NCBI GenBank assembly: GCA_965263035.1
Contig: OZ253580.1
Location: 928,001 to 992,000, forward strand
Length of the DNA stretch: 64,000 bases
Direction: 5' to 3'
Source of the DNA: Acidobacteriota bacterium
GTDB lineage: Bacteria; Acidobacteriota; UBA6911; RPQK01; JAJDTT01
A program made the translations under genes and the position numbers. Shown in pieces: positions 1 to 9,871 of this stretch. The first letter of the stretch is position 1. The number at the start of each line of letters is the position of its first letter. The notes beneath the pieces are model-generated. The model did not search any database, had not been told where the DNA came from, and worked only from the letters and a program-made list of their open reading frames with translations.

Positions 1-81
1 ATCTTGGCGGCAGGAGGAGTAGTATCCTACTAACGGTACGGTCTTGGCCTCCTGAAGCACATTCACGAAGGAGGGTCTTCG

Positions 82-1296
82 ATGCTCAAACGCTCCTTTA
101 TTGCCGTTTGTCTGGTCTCTTTCCTGGTGGCGTCTGCAACGGCCCAACAACAGGGAGATCCGGGAAAAAAGAAACCGCCCGAGTTTCACAGGGAGGAACA
201 GCCTGTTCATCAGGGCCGCCGCCAAAGGCCGGTCTTTATTCAGGGAAAAGTTGTGACGGACGATGGAATGGCGCCGACCGAGCAAGTTCTCGTCGACCTG
301 GTTTGCAACGGTTCGGTGTACCGGCAAAGCTACACCTCGGCCGGGGGCTCTTTCAGTTTCGAAGTAGGAACTTCAAGGCAGGTTGTTCCAACAGCCTCGA
401 TGGACGCCAGTGTTTCGACGCCTCCGTCCAATCTCTTCGGCTCCAATGCCAGAAAGATCAGCGCCAAGGAACAGAACTTCGGCGGTGGTCATCCGTTGAG
501 CTTTGATTCGCTGAACTTGGCGACCTGCGAGTTGCAAGCCAATTTGCCGGGATTCCGATCCGAAGTCGTTTCCCTGGGAGTCCGCAAGTCGTTGGACAAT
601 CCGGACGTGGGGCTGATCGTTCTGTATCGTCTCGGGAGCGGTCACGGGACAGTCGTCAGCAGGAGCACTCTGCAAGCGCCGAAAAAGGCCAGACGAGCAT
701 TTGACAAGGCGGTGAAAGAGCTCACGAAAAAAAAGACCGACTATTCGAAGGCGGCACGGAATCTGGAACGAGCCGTGCAACTGTATCCCCAGTTTGCAGA
801 GGCCTGGAATCTTCTGGGTGAAGTCCGATTGGCACTTCGGGATTGGTCCGGAGCCCGTGAGGCATTCCGGCGTTCAGTGGCCGAGGAGCCGAACTACATT
901 ACTCCCTATCTCATCCTTGCCAAGATTCAGGTGAGAAGACAGGAGTGGGAGGATGTGGCCCAGCTCACGAGTCGAGTCATCGAACTCAGCCCCGATATGA
1001 CACAAGCTTATTACTTTAACGCCGTGGCGGGTGTTTCATTGGGACAGTTCGATTTGGCAGAAGAGAGAATCCGTCATGTAAAGGAGAGTAGTGAGGCCGC
1101 AAACTACCCCGTCGCTCATTACCTTTTGGGAATGATCATGGTCAAGAAAGGGGATGTTGCCGCGGCCGCCAGTGAGTTCCGTCAGTTCTTGAAGGTGAAT
1201 CGCAATCCGCAAATGGTGGAACCCGTAAGAAAGCAGCTGCAGGAATGGGAGGCACTGGGTCTGATCGGGAACACTACGAGTGGAGAACTCAACTGA
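82..1296 (+). CDS. Secreted TPR-repeat protein with N-terminal carboxypeptidase-regulatory-like (Ig) domain
   Basis: Signal peptide, IQGKVVTDDG motif, C-terminal TPR helices (AEAWNLLGEV, AHYLLGMI); RBS GAAGGAGG. Confidence 0.8.
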   Translation: MLKRSFIAVCLVSFLVASATAQQQGDPGKKKPPEFHREEQPVHQGRRQRPVFIQGKVVTDDGMAPTEQVLVDLVCNGSVYRQSYTSAGGSFSFEVGTSRQVVPTASMDASVSTPPSNLFGSNARKISAKEQNFGGGHPLSFDSLNLATCELQANLPGFRSEVVSLGVRKSLDNPDVGLIVLYRLGSGHGTVVSRSTLQAPKKARRAFDKAVKELTKKKTDYSKAARNLERAVQLYPQFAEAWNLLGEVRLALRDWSGAREAFRRSVAEEPNYITPYLILAKIQVRRQEWEDVAQLTSRVIELSPDMTQAYYFNAVAGVSLGQFDLAEERIRHVKESSEAANYPVAHYLLGMIMVKKGDVAAAASEFRQFLKVNRNPQMVEPVRKQLQEWEALGLIGNTTSGELN

Positions 1297-1305
1297 GTCT
1301 ATTGA

Positions 1306-1465
1306 CAGTCCGTGGTGAAAGTCCCGCGAGCACCGAGACCGTTCCTGTGCCCGCCGGACCAGGCGCAACGGAGGGAGCATACCGGGAGTATGTGAGCCGA
1401 TAGCAACGCAGTCCGCGCACGATGCTGGGACGGTCGAATGCCGTGACGACTTTTGCCGCGGGCTG
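1306..1465 (+). mobile_element. ~160-bp MITE, copy 1
   Basis: Imperfect TIR CAGTCCGTGGTGAAAGTC...GACTTTTGCCGCGGGCTG flanked by direct TTGA (1302-1305, 1466-1469); homologous to 16267-16426 and 24289-24446. Confidence 0.85.
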
Positions 1466-1552
1466 TTGAGGTGGTCCCAATTTTTGATCGGCTGTTTCGG
1501 TGTATTCCAAGGTCAGAGCAGGGCACTGGGACGGCCGGGATACGGCGTCGAT

Positions 1553-2641
1553 TTACGGTCCGTCGATTCCGAACAGCTTCATCGCATTTCCCCCCAGGAT
1601 CTTTCCCATGTCGCCCGGGGCGATGAAGTCGCAGTGGCAGCGCAGATAGTCTAAAGACTGGCGGTAAGTGCAAACGCGCTCGACTGCCGGCATATCCGAT
1701 CCCCACATGATCTTGTCGGCGCCGATTTCAGCATAGAGTTGCTTGATGATTTCCTGCGCCTGGGGATACGGATACTCCCAGCGCCCGCCGTTCATGATCG
1801 GGAACAGAAGCTCCAAATGGATATTGGGAAGGCGGCAGATCTCCAGCGCGAGGCTGCTGAGCCTGTCGTTCTCGAAGTGGTTCATCTCGAAACAGTGAGT
1901 GACGACGAAGTTGATGTCCGGCCATTCTTCGACAAATGCTCTGAATATCTGCAACTCATTGGCAAAATCAGGCGGACTGAGTTCGATTCGACACCGCAGG
2001 TGCCATAGGACCGGAATCTCCAGCCTGGCGACTTGTTGCCAAAACGTCCTGAATTCGGGTTGGTCGTAATACGTCTTGTAATCGACCATGAAGAAAGACT
2101 CGGTGCCGTCGAAATACAGCGCCCGCATACCGAGGCTTTCCACGCATCGGCTCAATTCCGCTATCTGGCTGTCTTCATAGGCCCGCCATTCATCGATCTC
2201 GGCTGCACCCACGAAGCGGCCGGGAAATCGATTGATCGCGTCCGCCACCAGGTCATTGAGGCGACCGTAGATGTGGGCCCGCGAAATGACGCCGACGTCG
2301 ACACCGAGTCCGTCCATCTGAGCGATCATCAGCTCGGCCGGCGCCTCGAATGCCTGTAAGGCGGCGGGCATCCATTGCACGAAGTAGTCCTCGCCCTCAT
2401 AGGTCCAGACCAGACGGCCATGCTCTCCCGGCCGGAAGTTCACATCCGACATGTTGGTCAGGCCGGATCCCAGACCGTCATGCAAGGTTCGTCTGTTCAC
2501 CAGATATTGGTCGGAAAGACGGCGAATTCCCTGCATATGCCAGAGCATATGCCGCTGTTGGAATCGCATCCGCTCCTTGACCGTTCCATGTTCATCACGA
2601 CCAGGATGCGGCCACACATGAGCGTGAGTGTCGATAATCAT
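1553..2641 (-). CDS. Amidohydrolase family protein (Amidohydro_2)
   Basis: Start reassigned to MIIDTHAH (DxHxH metal motif); C-terminal IMWGSDMP and ILGGNAMKLF. Confidence 0.85.
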   Translation of the reverse strand: MIIDTHAHVWPHPGRDEHGTVKERMRFQQRHMLWHMQGIRRLSDQYLVNRRTLHDGLGSGLTNMSDVNFRPGEHGRLVWTYEGEDYFVQWMPAALQAFEAPAELMIAQMDGLGVDVGVISRAHIYGRLNDLVADAINRFPGRFVGAAEIDEWRAYEDSQIAELSRCVESLGMRALYFDGTESFFMVDYKTYYDQPEFRTFWQQVARLEIPVLWHLRCRIELSPPDFANELQIFRAFVEEWPDINFVVTHCFEMNHFENDRLSSLALEICRLPNIHLELLFPIMNGGRWEYPYPQAQEIIKQLYAEIGADKIMWGSDMPAVERVCTYRQSLDYLRCHCDFIAPGDMGKILGGNAMKLFGIDGP

Positions 2642-2661
2642 CGTGTTGACCGAATGCGTCG

Positions 2662-3993
2662 CTACCGAGGCATCCCCTGAAGATAGGTGCTCACGCCCTG
2701 GGTAAAATCGTCCTCGACCTGCTCGGTGAAGGGAGAGACGCGTCCCGGTTCGTAGCCTCCTTCCGCGAATGCCTGCCGAGTGGGCAGATACCCCAGAAAA
2801 CCATTCGTGTAGCCGGCAAAGAAGGTGTTGGGAAAGGGAGAATGGTTGCGCACGTTGATGGCGACCTCGCAGAAGAGCTCGACCGGCGCCGTCCACAGGA
2901 CAAGATCCTGGTTGATCTTCAGGAAGCGTACCGGTATGCGAACCAGGCTCGCTCCGCTTTCCGTCACTCGAAGGTAATGTGCCAGTTCCTCGACCCAGCT
3001 AAAGTCCGCCTTGCGGGGAGTCTCGATGACCGTTTCTCCAGTCCACAAAATGACCTTTGAAGTGCCGCTCTTCAGTGAGCGGTTGGCCTGCAGGATTCGA
3101 TCCCCCAACAACACGTTGAACTGGGTAATGTGACCTTTTTTGAAATCCGGATAGGTGCTGTAGAGAGGTGAGATATTCCCGGCCGCACCGTTGACGTACA
3201 GCATCGGCGCACCCAGTTTTTCCTCCACGTACTCCGCCACAATCCCCTGAGCATCTCCACTGATCAAAAGATTTTCGGGCCCGAGAACGGTCCCGTGCAT
3301 GGCATAGTTGGCGATCAGACCCAGCGGCGACCCGTCCAACCGGTCCAGCCGTATCAGCCCGATCTGACGGTCCACCGCTCCCTCCGGGTTCATTCCATAG
3401 GAGGCCCGTCCGTCAACGTCGATGGCGCGCCGGTTTATATTGGCCATCGAATGACCGGTCGTCACTGCCAGACGCGCCGGTTCCAGTTTCGATCGAGCCT
3501 CCCGAATGCCCTCGATCAATCTGGTTTTCACCCACTCGGAATACTCCGGGTTGGACTTATGAAGGAACCTCTCAGGCTGCATGCTTCGGATGAGGCCCGG
3601 CGAGCCCACCTCGGGAGCCGAGTGGGTGTGAGTCAGAGTCCACCACACCTGCTCGGACTGGATACCGGTCTCCTTCTCCAGTTCTCTGGAAAACTCCTCG
3701 TAGAAGGCAGGAGATATGGCGGCCAGATCCGAGGAGACGAGAAAGAACTGCATCTTTCCATCATCCATTGCGGCGATTCGATGATAGATGCGGTCGTGTA
3801 CGCCCTCAGACTGTCTTGGGCCATAACCCAATAGCCACAGAGATTCTTCCGGAGTGATATCCACTTTCACACAGGAGGCCCGAAAATCCCCGGAGGCCGC
3901 TCCATGGAGCGTTCCTGCGACAGCCACGACCAGGAAAAGAACGAAGGTTTTAAAGCCATGAAAAAGTTTCACTATCGGATCCTGTCCCGGCAT
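2662..3993 (-). CDS. Neutral/alkaline ceramidase N-terminal-domain-like protein, secreted
   Basis: VDITP, THTHSAP, NYAMHGT, GYTNGFLGYLPT motifs; signal peptide; start uncertain. Confidence 0.8.
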   Translation of the reverse strand: MPGQDPIVKLFHGFKTFVLFLVVAVAGTLHGAASGDFRASCVKVDITPEESLWLLGYGPRQSEGVHDRIYHRIAAMDDGKMQFFLVSSDLAAISPAFYEEFSRELEKETGIQSEQVWWTLTHTHSAPEVGSPGLIRSMQPERFLHKSNPEYSEWVKTRLIEGIREARSKLEPARLAVTTGHSMANINRRAIDVDGRASYGMNPEGAVDRQIGLIRLDRLDGSPLGLIANYAMHGTVLGPENLLISGDAQGIVAEYVEEKLGAPMLYVNGAAGNISPLYSTYPDFKKGHITQFNVLLGDRILQANRSLKSGTSKVILWTGETVIETPRKADFSWVEELAHYLRVTESGASLVRIPVRFLKINQDLVLWTAPVELFCEVAINVRNHSPFPNTFFAGYTNGFLGYLPTRQAFAEGGYEPGRVSPFTEQVEDDFTQGVSTYLQGMPR

Positions 3994-4340
3994 TTTACAC
4001 CCCCGTGTCAGAGATCTCTTGAACGAGTTTATATCACGATGAGAACGGAACTGCAGCGTAACCATCCTCGAATGAACGGCAGGACGAGGCGCGAGGGCAA
4101 TGCTCTACCGGCCTCATAGTTGGGAGCTATACTTGGGCGCATTGCTCAAGACGAAACCCGCAAACCGGAACTGGGAAAGCGGGAGAGTGGGAGGAGCGTC
4201 GGGCCGTAACCGGCGGTCTTGTAGGTTCAAGCGCGCAGAGGCGCCGCCAGAGACCCTTTCCAGGTTTGAATTCTGACCTCATACTGACTTCGAAATCGTA
4301 GTGCCCTCGCCGCAGTCGGCGAGTTCGAGACGGATGGCTC

Positions 4341-5978
4341 ATGGCGGGAATCGACTGGTTCATAGTGATCGCTCTCAATCTCCTGATCTTCGGCTACGCG
4401 TCCATCCGTTCGCTCAAGACGCACTCCGATGTGGACTGGTTCCTGGGCGGTCGCAGCCTGCCCTTCTGGCTGATTGGCCTCTCGATGTTCGCTACCTCGG
4501 TTGATGGTGGCGAGTACGTCGCCATCAATGGTGCGACCTACCAGGATGGCTTGGTGATGTTCACCGGCGTTGTGTTCGGAGTCGGCGTCGGGGGCATGAT
4601 CGCCGCCTTTGTCGTCGTGCCGAGCATGTACCGGGCGGGGCTGTTCACCAACGCGGAATACCTCGAACACCGCTTCGGCATCTCGGCGAGGATCATCAGT
4701 GTTCTGGTTCAAGTCCAGTACCGGACGGCCACCCTGGCAACGATTGCGGTGGCCTTGCATCTCATGCTGACCGAAGTGGTTCCTCTCCCTTCCCACAGCG
4801 CTTGGATTCTGATTGTCGGGTTGATCGCGGCAACGACTTTCTACGCTGCCTGGGGCGGATTGAAAACGATTGCCGCCGCAGATGTTCTGCTCGGCGCACT
4901 CATGCTTTTCTCGACCCTGGTGCTCTGGTCCGTCATTTGGCAGGAAGCAGGAGGTTGGGCCGGCACCCAGGCCGCACTGGTCGGGCAGCTCGGTGAGCGA
5001 GAAGCACAGACGTTACTGCACATTGGGAGTGGGCGTGATGCGAGCAGTCATCCAGTTGTGGTCGTGATCGGATGGTGCCTGATCGCGACCGGTTATTTTG
5101 TCGTGAATCACACTCAGACCATGAAGATGTTCGGCGCCCGATCCATGTGGGATCTGAAGATGTCCGTCGTAGCGGGCACCGGGCTGATCATACTTTCGGG
5201 TTACTTCAGCAGCTCACTGGGACTGCTTGGGCGTGCACTGGTTCCCGACCTGGCCAACCCGGACCTGATCTATCCACGGCTGGTCGATCAATACCTCGTC
5301 TCCGGACTGAAAGGTATCGTCATCGCCGGAATGATCGCATCCGCCATCAGTACCTTCGAAGGCATTGGAGTCGCCCTGTCTGCAGTTTTCACCCGTGACA
5401 TCTACGCTCGTCTGCTGGTGCCGGACAGAAACGATTCTCACTATGTGATTGTGAGCCGGATTGCCACCGTTGTCATCGTGGGTATCACGTTTCTCTACAT
5501 CCCATTTATCCTGCGTGCTCAGAACATCGTGGAGTTCTTCGTCGGTATCACCAGCGTCTTTGTGACGCCTTTGATGACCGTATATCTGGTGGGCTCGATG
5601 ACAAAAGTGGACAGACGCACCGGCCTTGCCGGTCTGATCGCCGGACCCGCATTCCGACTGTCGGTAGTCGCTCTGGAAGCGGACCTTCCGTTGTGGTTGA
5701 CGGACCGATTCGCGGCTTACCTTTGGACTACCGGAGTAACTGCCGCCTCGATGTTTTGCGTATCGATGATCCTGGGCGTCATTTCTCCGTCGGCTACTCA
5801 GCAAACCATCCGAATGACAACTCAGCCCTCTGGTTGGCTGGCACGCTCCCAAGGAACGGTCAAGCAGGTTGTCCTGTCGCCGTTTCCGAACGGCGTTCCC
5901 TGGTGGGCATCCCCTGCCCTGTGGGCGGTCGCAGTTCTGAGCACGTCGGGCTATTTGGTATTCGTGGTCCTCTGGTAG
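4341..5978 (+). CDS. Sodium:solute symporter (SSF) family transporter
   Basis: Many hydrophobic segments; DWFLGGRSLP, EYLEHRFG, WGGLKT motifs. Confidence 0.9.
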   Translation: MAGIDWFIVIALNLLIFGYASIRSLKTHSDVDWFLGGRSLPFWLIGLSMFATSVDGGEYVAINGATYQDGLVMFTGVVFGVGVGGMIAAFVVVPSMYRAGLFTNAEYLEHRFGISARIISVLVQVQYRTATLATIAVALHLMLTEVVPLPSHSAWILIVGLIAATTFYAAWGGLKTIAAADVLLGALMLFSTLVLWSVIWQEAGGWAGTQAALVGQLGEREAQTLLHIGSGRDASSHPVVVVIGWCLIATGYFVVNHTQTMKMFGARSMWDLKMSVVAGTGLIILSGYFSSSLGLLGRALVPDLANPDLIYPRLVDQYLVSGLKGIVIAGMIASAISTFEGIGVALSAVFTRDIYARLLVPDRNDSHYVIVSRIATVVIVGITFLYIPFILRAQNIVEFFVGITSVFVTPLMTVYLVGSMTKVDRRTGLAGLIAGPAFRLSVVALEADLPLWLTDRFAAYLWTTGVTAASMFCVSMILGVISPSATQQTIRMTTQPSGWLARSQGTVKQVVLSPFPNGVPWWASPALWAVAVLSTSGYLVFVVLW

Positions 5979-6133
5979 CGATCGGCGGTCGCGACCGGAG
6001 ACTTCTCCCCTCTTCAAATTAAGATTACTGAAGATCCCGCAGATAATTGCGGAAGGACCACCTTGATCCGGATTCGGCCAAAGACCCCTCAGGGTACAAT
6101 TTCGCCGCGAGGAACAATCTTCCCTCAACAAGT

Positions 6134-6157
6134 AAGGGGGCGGAAAACCGCCCCCTT
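6134..6157. terminator. GC-rich hairpin between convergent genes, probable intrinsic terminator
   Basis: AAGGGGGCGG-AAAA-CCGCCCCCTT, perfect 10-bp stem, ~25 bp past the TonB receptor stop. Confidence 0.65.
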
Positions 6158-6181
6158 CTTGTTTCCAATATTCTCCCGGGA

Positions 6182-9100
6182 CTAGAACTCCAAGCGAAGT
6201 CCCAACTGGATGTTCCTTGGTGGACGGGATGCGGAGATTACTCCGAAGTTGCTCGATCCTACAGAATTGCCAAAGCCAAAGAACTGCGTGTGGTTGAAGG
6301 CGTTGTAGAATTCGGCACGGAATTGTACTCGGGCCCTTTCTCCGAAATAAAAACTCTTGGACACATTGAGATCCCAGTTGTTGATTCCAGGCTCCAAGAC
6401 CTCACCGCGGCCCGTATTGCCGAACGTTCCCAACTCTGGATTCGCAAAGTAGTTCGTGTCAAACCAGCGCAGGTTGTTGGCACGAGGATTGAGGGTCTTC
6501 ACCTTACCTGTCCGGACTTTATTCGGTCTGGTTGCCCACCAGAACTGACCCGTGTTACTGAAGTCCCGAGGAAACGGTCGAATAATCCTGGGGCTCCCGG
6601 ACTGGAATGTGGTGATTCCGCTGACCTGCCAGCCGCCGAAAATTCCATCAATCACCGGGTGCATACCGGATGCGAAGCGTTTGCCGCGACCAACCGGAAG
6701 CTCCCAGATGTACCCGACGCTGAGCCGGTGTTTGGCGTGGAACTGGGATAAGCCCTTCTCGGCCTTCTTGTCATACGAATTTTGGGCCCAGAATCCGGTG
6801 GCATCGTTGAGGTTGCCGTAATCATCAAGCGTCCTGGCAAAGGTGTAAGAGGAGATGAACGAGAGGCCCTGGTTAAACCTCCGCTCCAGGCGCACCAGAC
6901 CCGCATTGTAATTGTTCTGAGCGCTGTGCTCCATGATGAAGGTGAAATTCGACAGGTCCGGATAAGGCTGTCGAGTCGAAAAGGGTGTCGTGACTCCCGG
7001 GGGATCCAGGTGAGACTGATTGTAATTGATGCGGCGCTGGCCATGGTATCCATGTGAACCCACGTAACCCACTTCCACCAGCAAGTTTCTGACGACTTCC
7101 CGCTGCACGGTCAACTGCCAGTGTTGGATGATGGCATCGTCGAACTTCCGGGTTACCGAATGCAGGGTGGCGCCGGCCAGGGAGGGATGCCAGGTGGGTC
7201 CGGTGACCTGGGGGAAATCTGCACGAGTGATATCGGCAACCGGGAACAATTTGGACAAGTCATTGGTCTCCAGATCGGTATACAAGGTCTTGGGGTTGAT
7301 GAACCGCAGGACGTTGGACGGCGGATTCAGGGCCCCATTGACCTGGTCGGTGGCATCCGGTGGAGAGTAGAAGATGCCATATGCGGCGCGAATTACCGTC
7401 CTGTTGTCTCCGAAGGGGGAGTAAGCAAGACCGATTCGTGGGCCCCAGTTGTTTCGGTCGGCATTGTAGTAACTCTCGCCCGGCTCGGCGGCGTCCAAGG
7501 GAGTGGGTGGGCAGGGAGTCGTATCCCGAAAACAGCTTCCCGGAGGAGCTACAAAATCGAAAACCGAGTAATCTCCGCGTATCGCATTCCAAGGCTCATA
7601 GTACTCATAGCGCAGCCCCAGGTTCACGGTTAGCTCAGAAGAGACTCTCCAGTCATCCTGCAGGTAGAGCCCCCACAGCTTCTGATTGAAGTAACCGGTG
7701 CCATTGCCGGCCAATCCCCAGGTTTCTTGTGCCTGTCCCACCATGAAATCCGCGAATGGACTTCCCGTCGCAGTATCTCCCGGGAATTGCGTGAAAATCC
7801 CGTTGAAGGTGAAGTTCCCTCGGATGCCGGCCTGAGCCAGCCAGCGCATGCGAATCTCCCGTATATCGAAGCCCACCTTCACCGAATGGTTTCCAGACTT
7901 CACCATCAGGTTATCGGAGATCTGGTAGGTGTTGTTCAAAGCACCAAAAGGTGCGTCAGGGGTTGGCCCGAGGCCCGTGTAGTTGCTCCAGCCGAAGCGG
8001 GGTAGGCCAAAACCGAGGGGCGAGCCGCCGATGTTCTTGAATCCAAAAACTTCTGACGAATAGTCCATATCCCCTGATCCGTCCTGTCCTCCGAACCAGT
8101 TGCCCCGGTTGAAGCCGACGCGCAGCTCATTGACGGTCGTGGGCGAAAACGTATGGATCTCCGACATCATCGCATTGTGCATATTGTTGTCGTTGTTGGT
8201 GCCGGAGAGAGGCACCAGGCTGCCTCTTCTCTTGCGGTCGATCGACTCCATGTAGCGCCCGTAGATCTGATCGCTATCGGAGATAACGTGATCGATGCGT
8301 ACGGTCCAGAAGTTGATATCCTCCGGGCTCGACGTGGTTCCGAGGAAATTGCTGTTTCCAGGCAGCGTCGTCCCCTCCTCGTGGTTGGGGCTCGGAAGCA
8401 GCCCTAAACCGATCAGGGTCTTGGCCTGAGGATTGAAGCGGCTGCTGGGGATCTGGTTTCCCGGGAAGGGTTGCCGGGTGTATCCCCCAGGTGCACTTGC
8501 ATCCTCGACTGTCGTCCAGGGATCGTAAATGGTAGACCCCAGAGTGGAGAAATCCCCTTGGAGCCACCGGGGATCAGGAAATCGCCCAAAGCTGGTTGCA
8601 CTCTGCCGAAAACGGGTTCCTTCGTAGGCGAAAAAGAAGAAGGTCTGGTCTCGGCCATCATAGCCCGGTACGCGAATGGGTCCCCCGACGTTGGCACCAA
8701 ACTGATTGTAGTTAAATGCGTTTTTGTCCGCCCCGGCGCGATTGCTGAAAAAGCTGTTGGCGTTGAAGACGTCGTTTCGATTGTAGTCGTAAATCGCGCC
8801 ATGAAATTCGTTGGTGCCGCTTTTGGTGGTGGTTATAAACTGGACGGATCCCCGACCCTGTTCAGCTGAAAAATTATGACTCTTGACTTTGAATTCCTGA
8901 AGCGCATCCAAGGATGGAGTGGCTGACTGAGTTTGAATCCAAACCGTATTCGAGTCAATTCCGTCGATGGTGTAGGAGGTATACGCCCCCCGCTGGCCGG
9001 CAAGCTGGTAGTAATTACCCCGGTTCTGGTTGGGTATGTAACCGGTGGCGCTGGGAACGGGAGTGACGGCGGTGGGCAATAAAGTCGCCAATGCCTGGTA

Positions 9101-9565
9101 GTTGCGGGTCAGCAGCGGCAACTCGCGCATCTGCTCTTCTTTGATAGTCCCCCCGACTTCCGAGGTCTCAATCTCGACCAGCGGCACCGCTGCCCGGACT
9201 TCCACCTCCTCCCGGGTCTCCCCCACCTGCAGTGTCAAATCAACGCGAAGCTTGGTGGCAAGGTCCAGTTCGGCACCCGGTTCGACAGCCGTCTTGAAAC
9301 CCGCCATCTCAGCCGTGACTCGATAAGTTCCAGGATCCAAAAAAGGAATTTCGAAGCTACCCGTATCGCCGGTAACAACCGAACGGGTGATATTGGTCCC
9401 CAGATTGGTGGCCGTTACACCGACGCCGGGCACCACCCCACCGGTGTCATCCCTTATCGTCCCTGAGATGGTGCTCTTGACTTGGCCTTGGGCACCGGCG
9501 GTGGCAAGCGCCAGCAAACCAAACAGCAGAAGGGTGTTCTTGGCAGAAAAAAGAGAAGTCTGCAT
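6182..9565 (-). CDS. TonB-dependent receptor, Oar-like, with carboxypeptidase-regulatory-like N-domain
   Basis: ISGTIRDDTGGVVPG, TKSGTNEFHG, NLGLRYEY, QFRAEFYNAFNH, C-terminal IQLGLRLEF; RBS GGGAGG before ATG 9565. Confidence 0.9.
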   Translation of the reverse strand: MQTSLFSAKNTLLLFGLLALATAGAQGQVKSTISGTIRDDTGGVVPGVGVTATNLGTNITRSVVTGDTGSFEIPFLDPGTYRVTAEMAGFKTAVEPGAELDLATKLRVDLTLQVGETREEVEVRAAVPLVEIETSEVGGTIKEEQMRELPLLTRNYQALATLLPTAVTPVPSATGYIPNQNRGNYYQLAGQRGAYTSYTIDGIDSNTVWIQTQSATPSLDALQEFKVKSHNFSAEQGRGSVQFITTTKSGTNEFHGAIYDYNRNDVFNANSFFSNRAGADKNAFNYNQFGANVGGPIRVPGYDGRDQTFFFFAYEGTRFRQSATSFGRFPDPRWLQGDFSTLGSTIYDPWTTVEDASAPGGYTRQPFPGNQIPSSRFNPQAKTLIGLGLLPSPNHEEGTTLPGNSNFLGTTSSPEDINFWTVRIDHVISDSDQIYGRYMESIDRKRRGSLVPLSGTNNDNNMHNAMMSEIHTFSPTTVNELRVGFNRGNWFGGQDGSGDMDYSSEVFGFKNIGGSPLGFGLPRFGWSNYTGLGPTPDAPFGALNNTYQISDNLMVKSGNHSVKVGFDIREIRMRWLAQAGIRGNFTFNGIFTQFPGDTATGSPFADFMVGQAQETWGLAGNGTGYFNQKLWGLYLQDDWRVSSELTVNLGLRYEYYEPWNAIRGDYSVFDFVAPPGSCFRDTTPCPPTPLDAAEPGESYYNADRNNWGPRIGLAYSPFGDNRTVIRAAYGIFYSPPDATDQVNGALNPPSNVLRFINPKTLYTDLETNDLSKLFPVADITRADFPQVTGPTWHPSLAGATLHSVTRKFDDAIIQHWQLTVQREVVRNLLVEVGYVGSHGYHGQRRINYNQSHLDPPGVTTPFSTRQPYPDLSNFTFIMEHSAQNNYNAGLVRLERRFNQGLSFISSYTFARTLDDYGNLNDATGFWAQNSYDKKAEKGLSQFHAKHRLSVGYIWELPVGRGKRFASGMHPVIDGIFGGWQVSGITTFQSGSPRIIRPFPRDFSNTGQFWWATRPNKVRTGKVKTLNPRANNLRWFDTNYFANPELGTFGNTGRGEVLEPGINNWDLNVSKSFYFGERARVQFRAEFYNAFNHTQFFGFGNSVGSSNFGVISASRPPRNIQLGLRLEF

Positions 9566-9871
9566 CGTCGCGTCCTCCCTGGCGGGCATTTTGGAGCGTG
9601 TGGAAGAAATCTCCCACTAGCTGTAACGGACCCTATACGAATTTGTCAGCAGGGGTCAAGAACAAATTCAGGCTGATCAATCGTGGGGTGCCCTCCACGA
9701 CGTGAGGGGACGGGTGACAGGTTCTCCGGGGTCCGCGGCGTAGCGCCCCAATGCCCACCTCCGCCTCCGGAGCTCACCTTGACGACCAGTCCACTAAGTG
9801 GGACCAACTCATGTGCTGTGCTACGCTTACATGTACTTTGGAATTTCAAGCAATTGGATCAGCTCACCCAC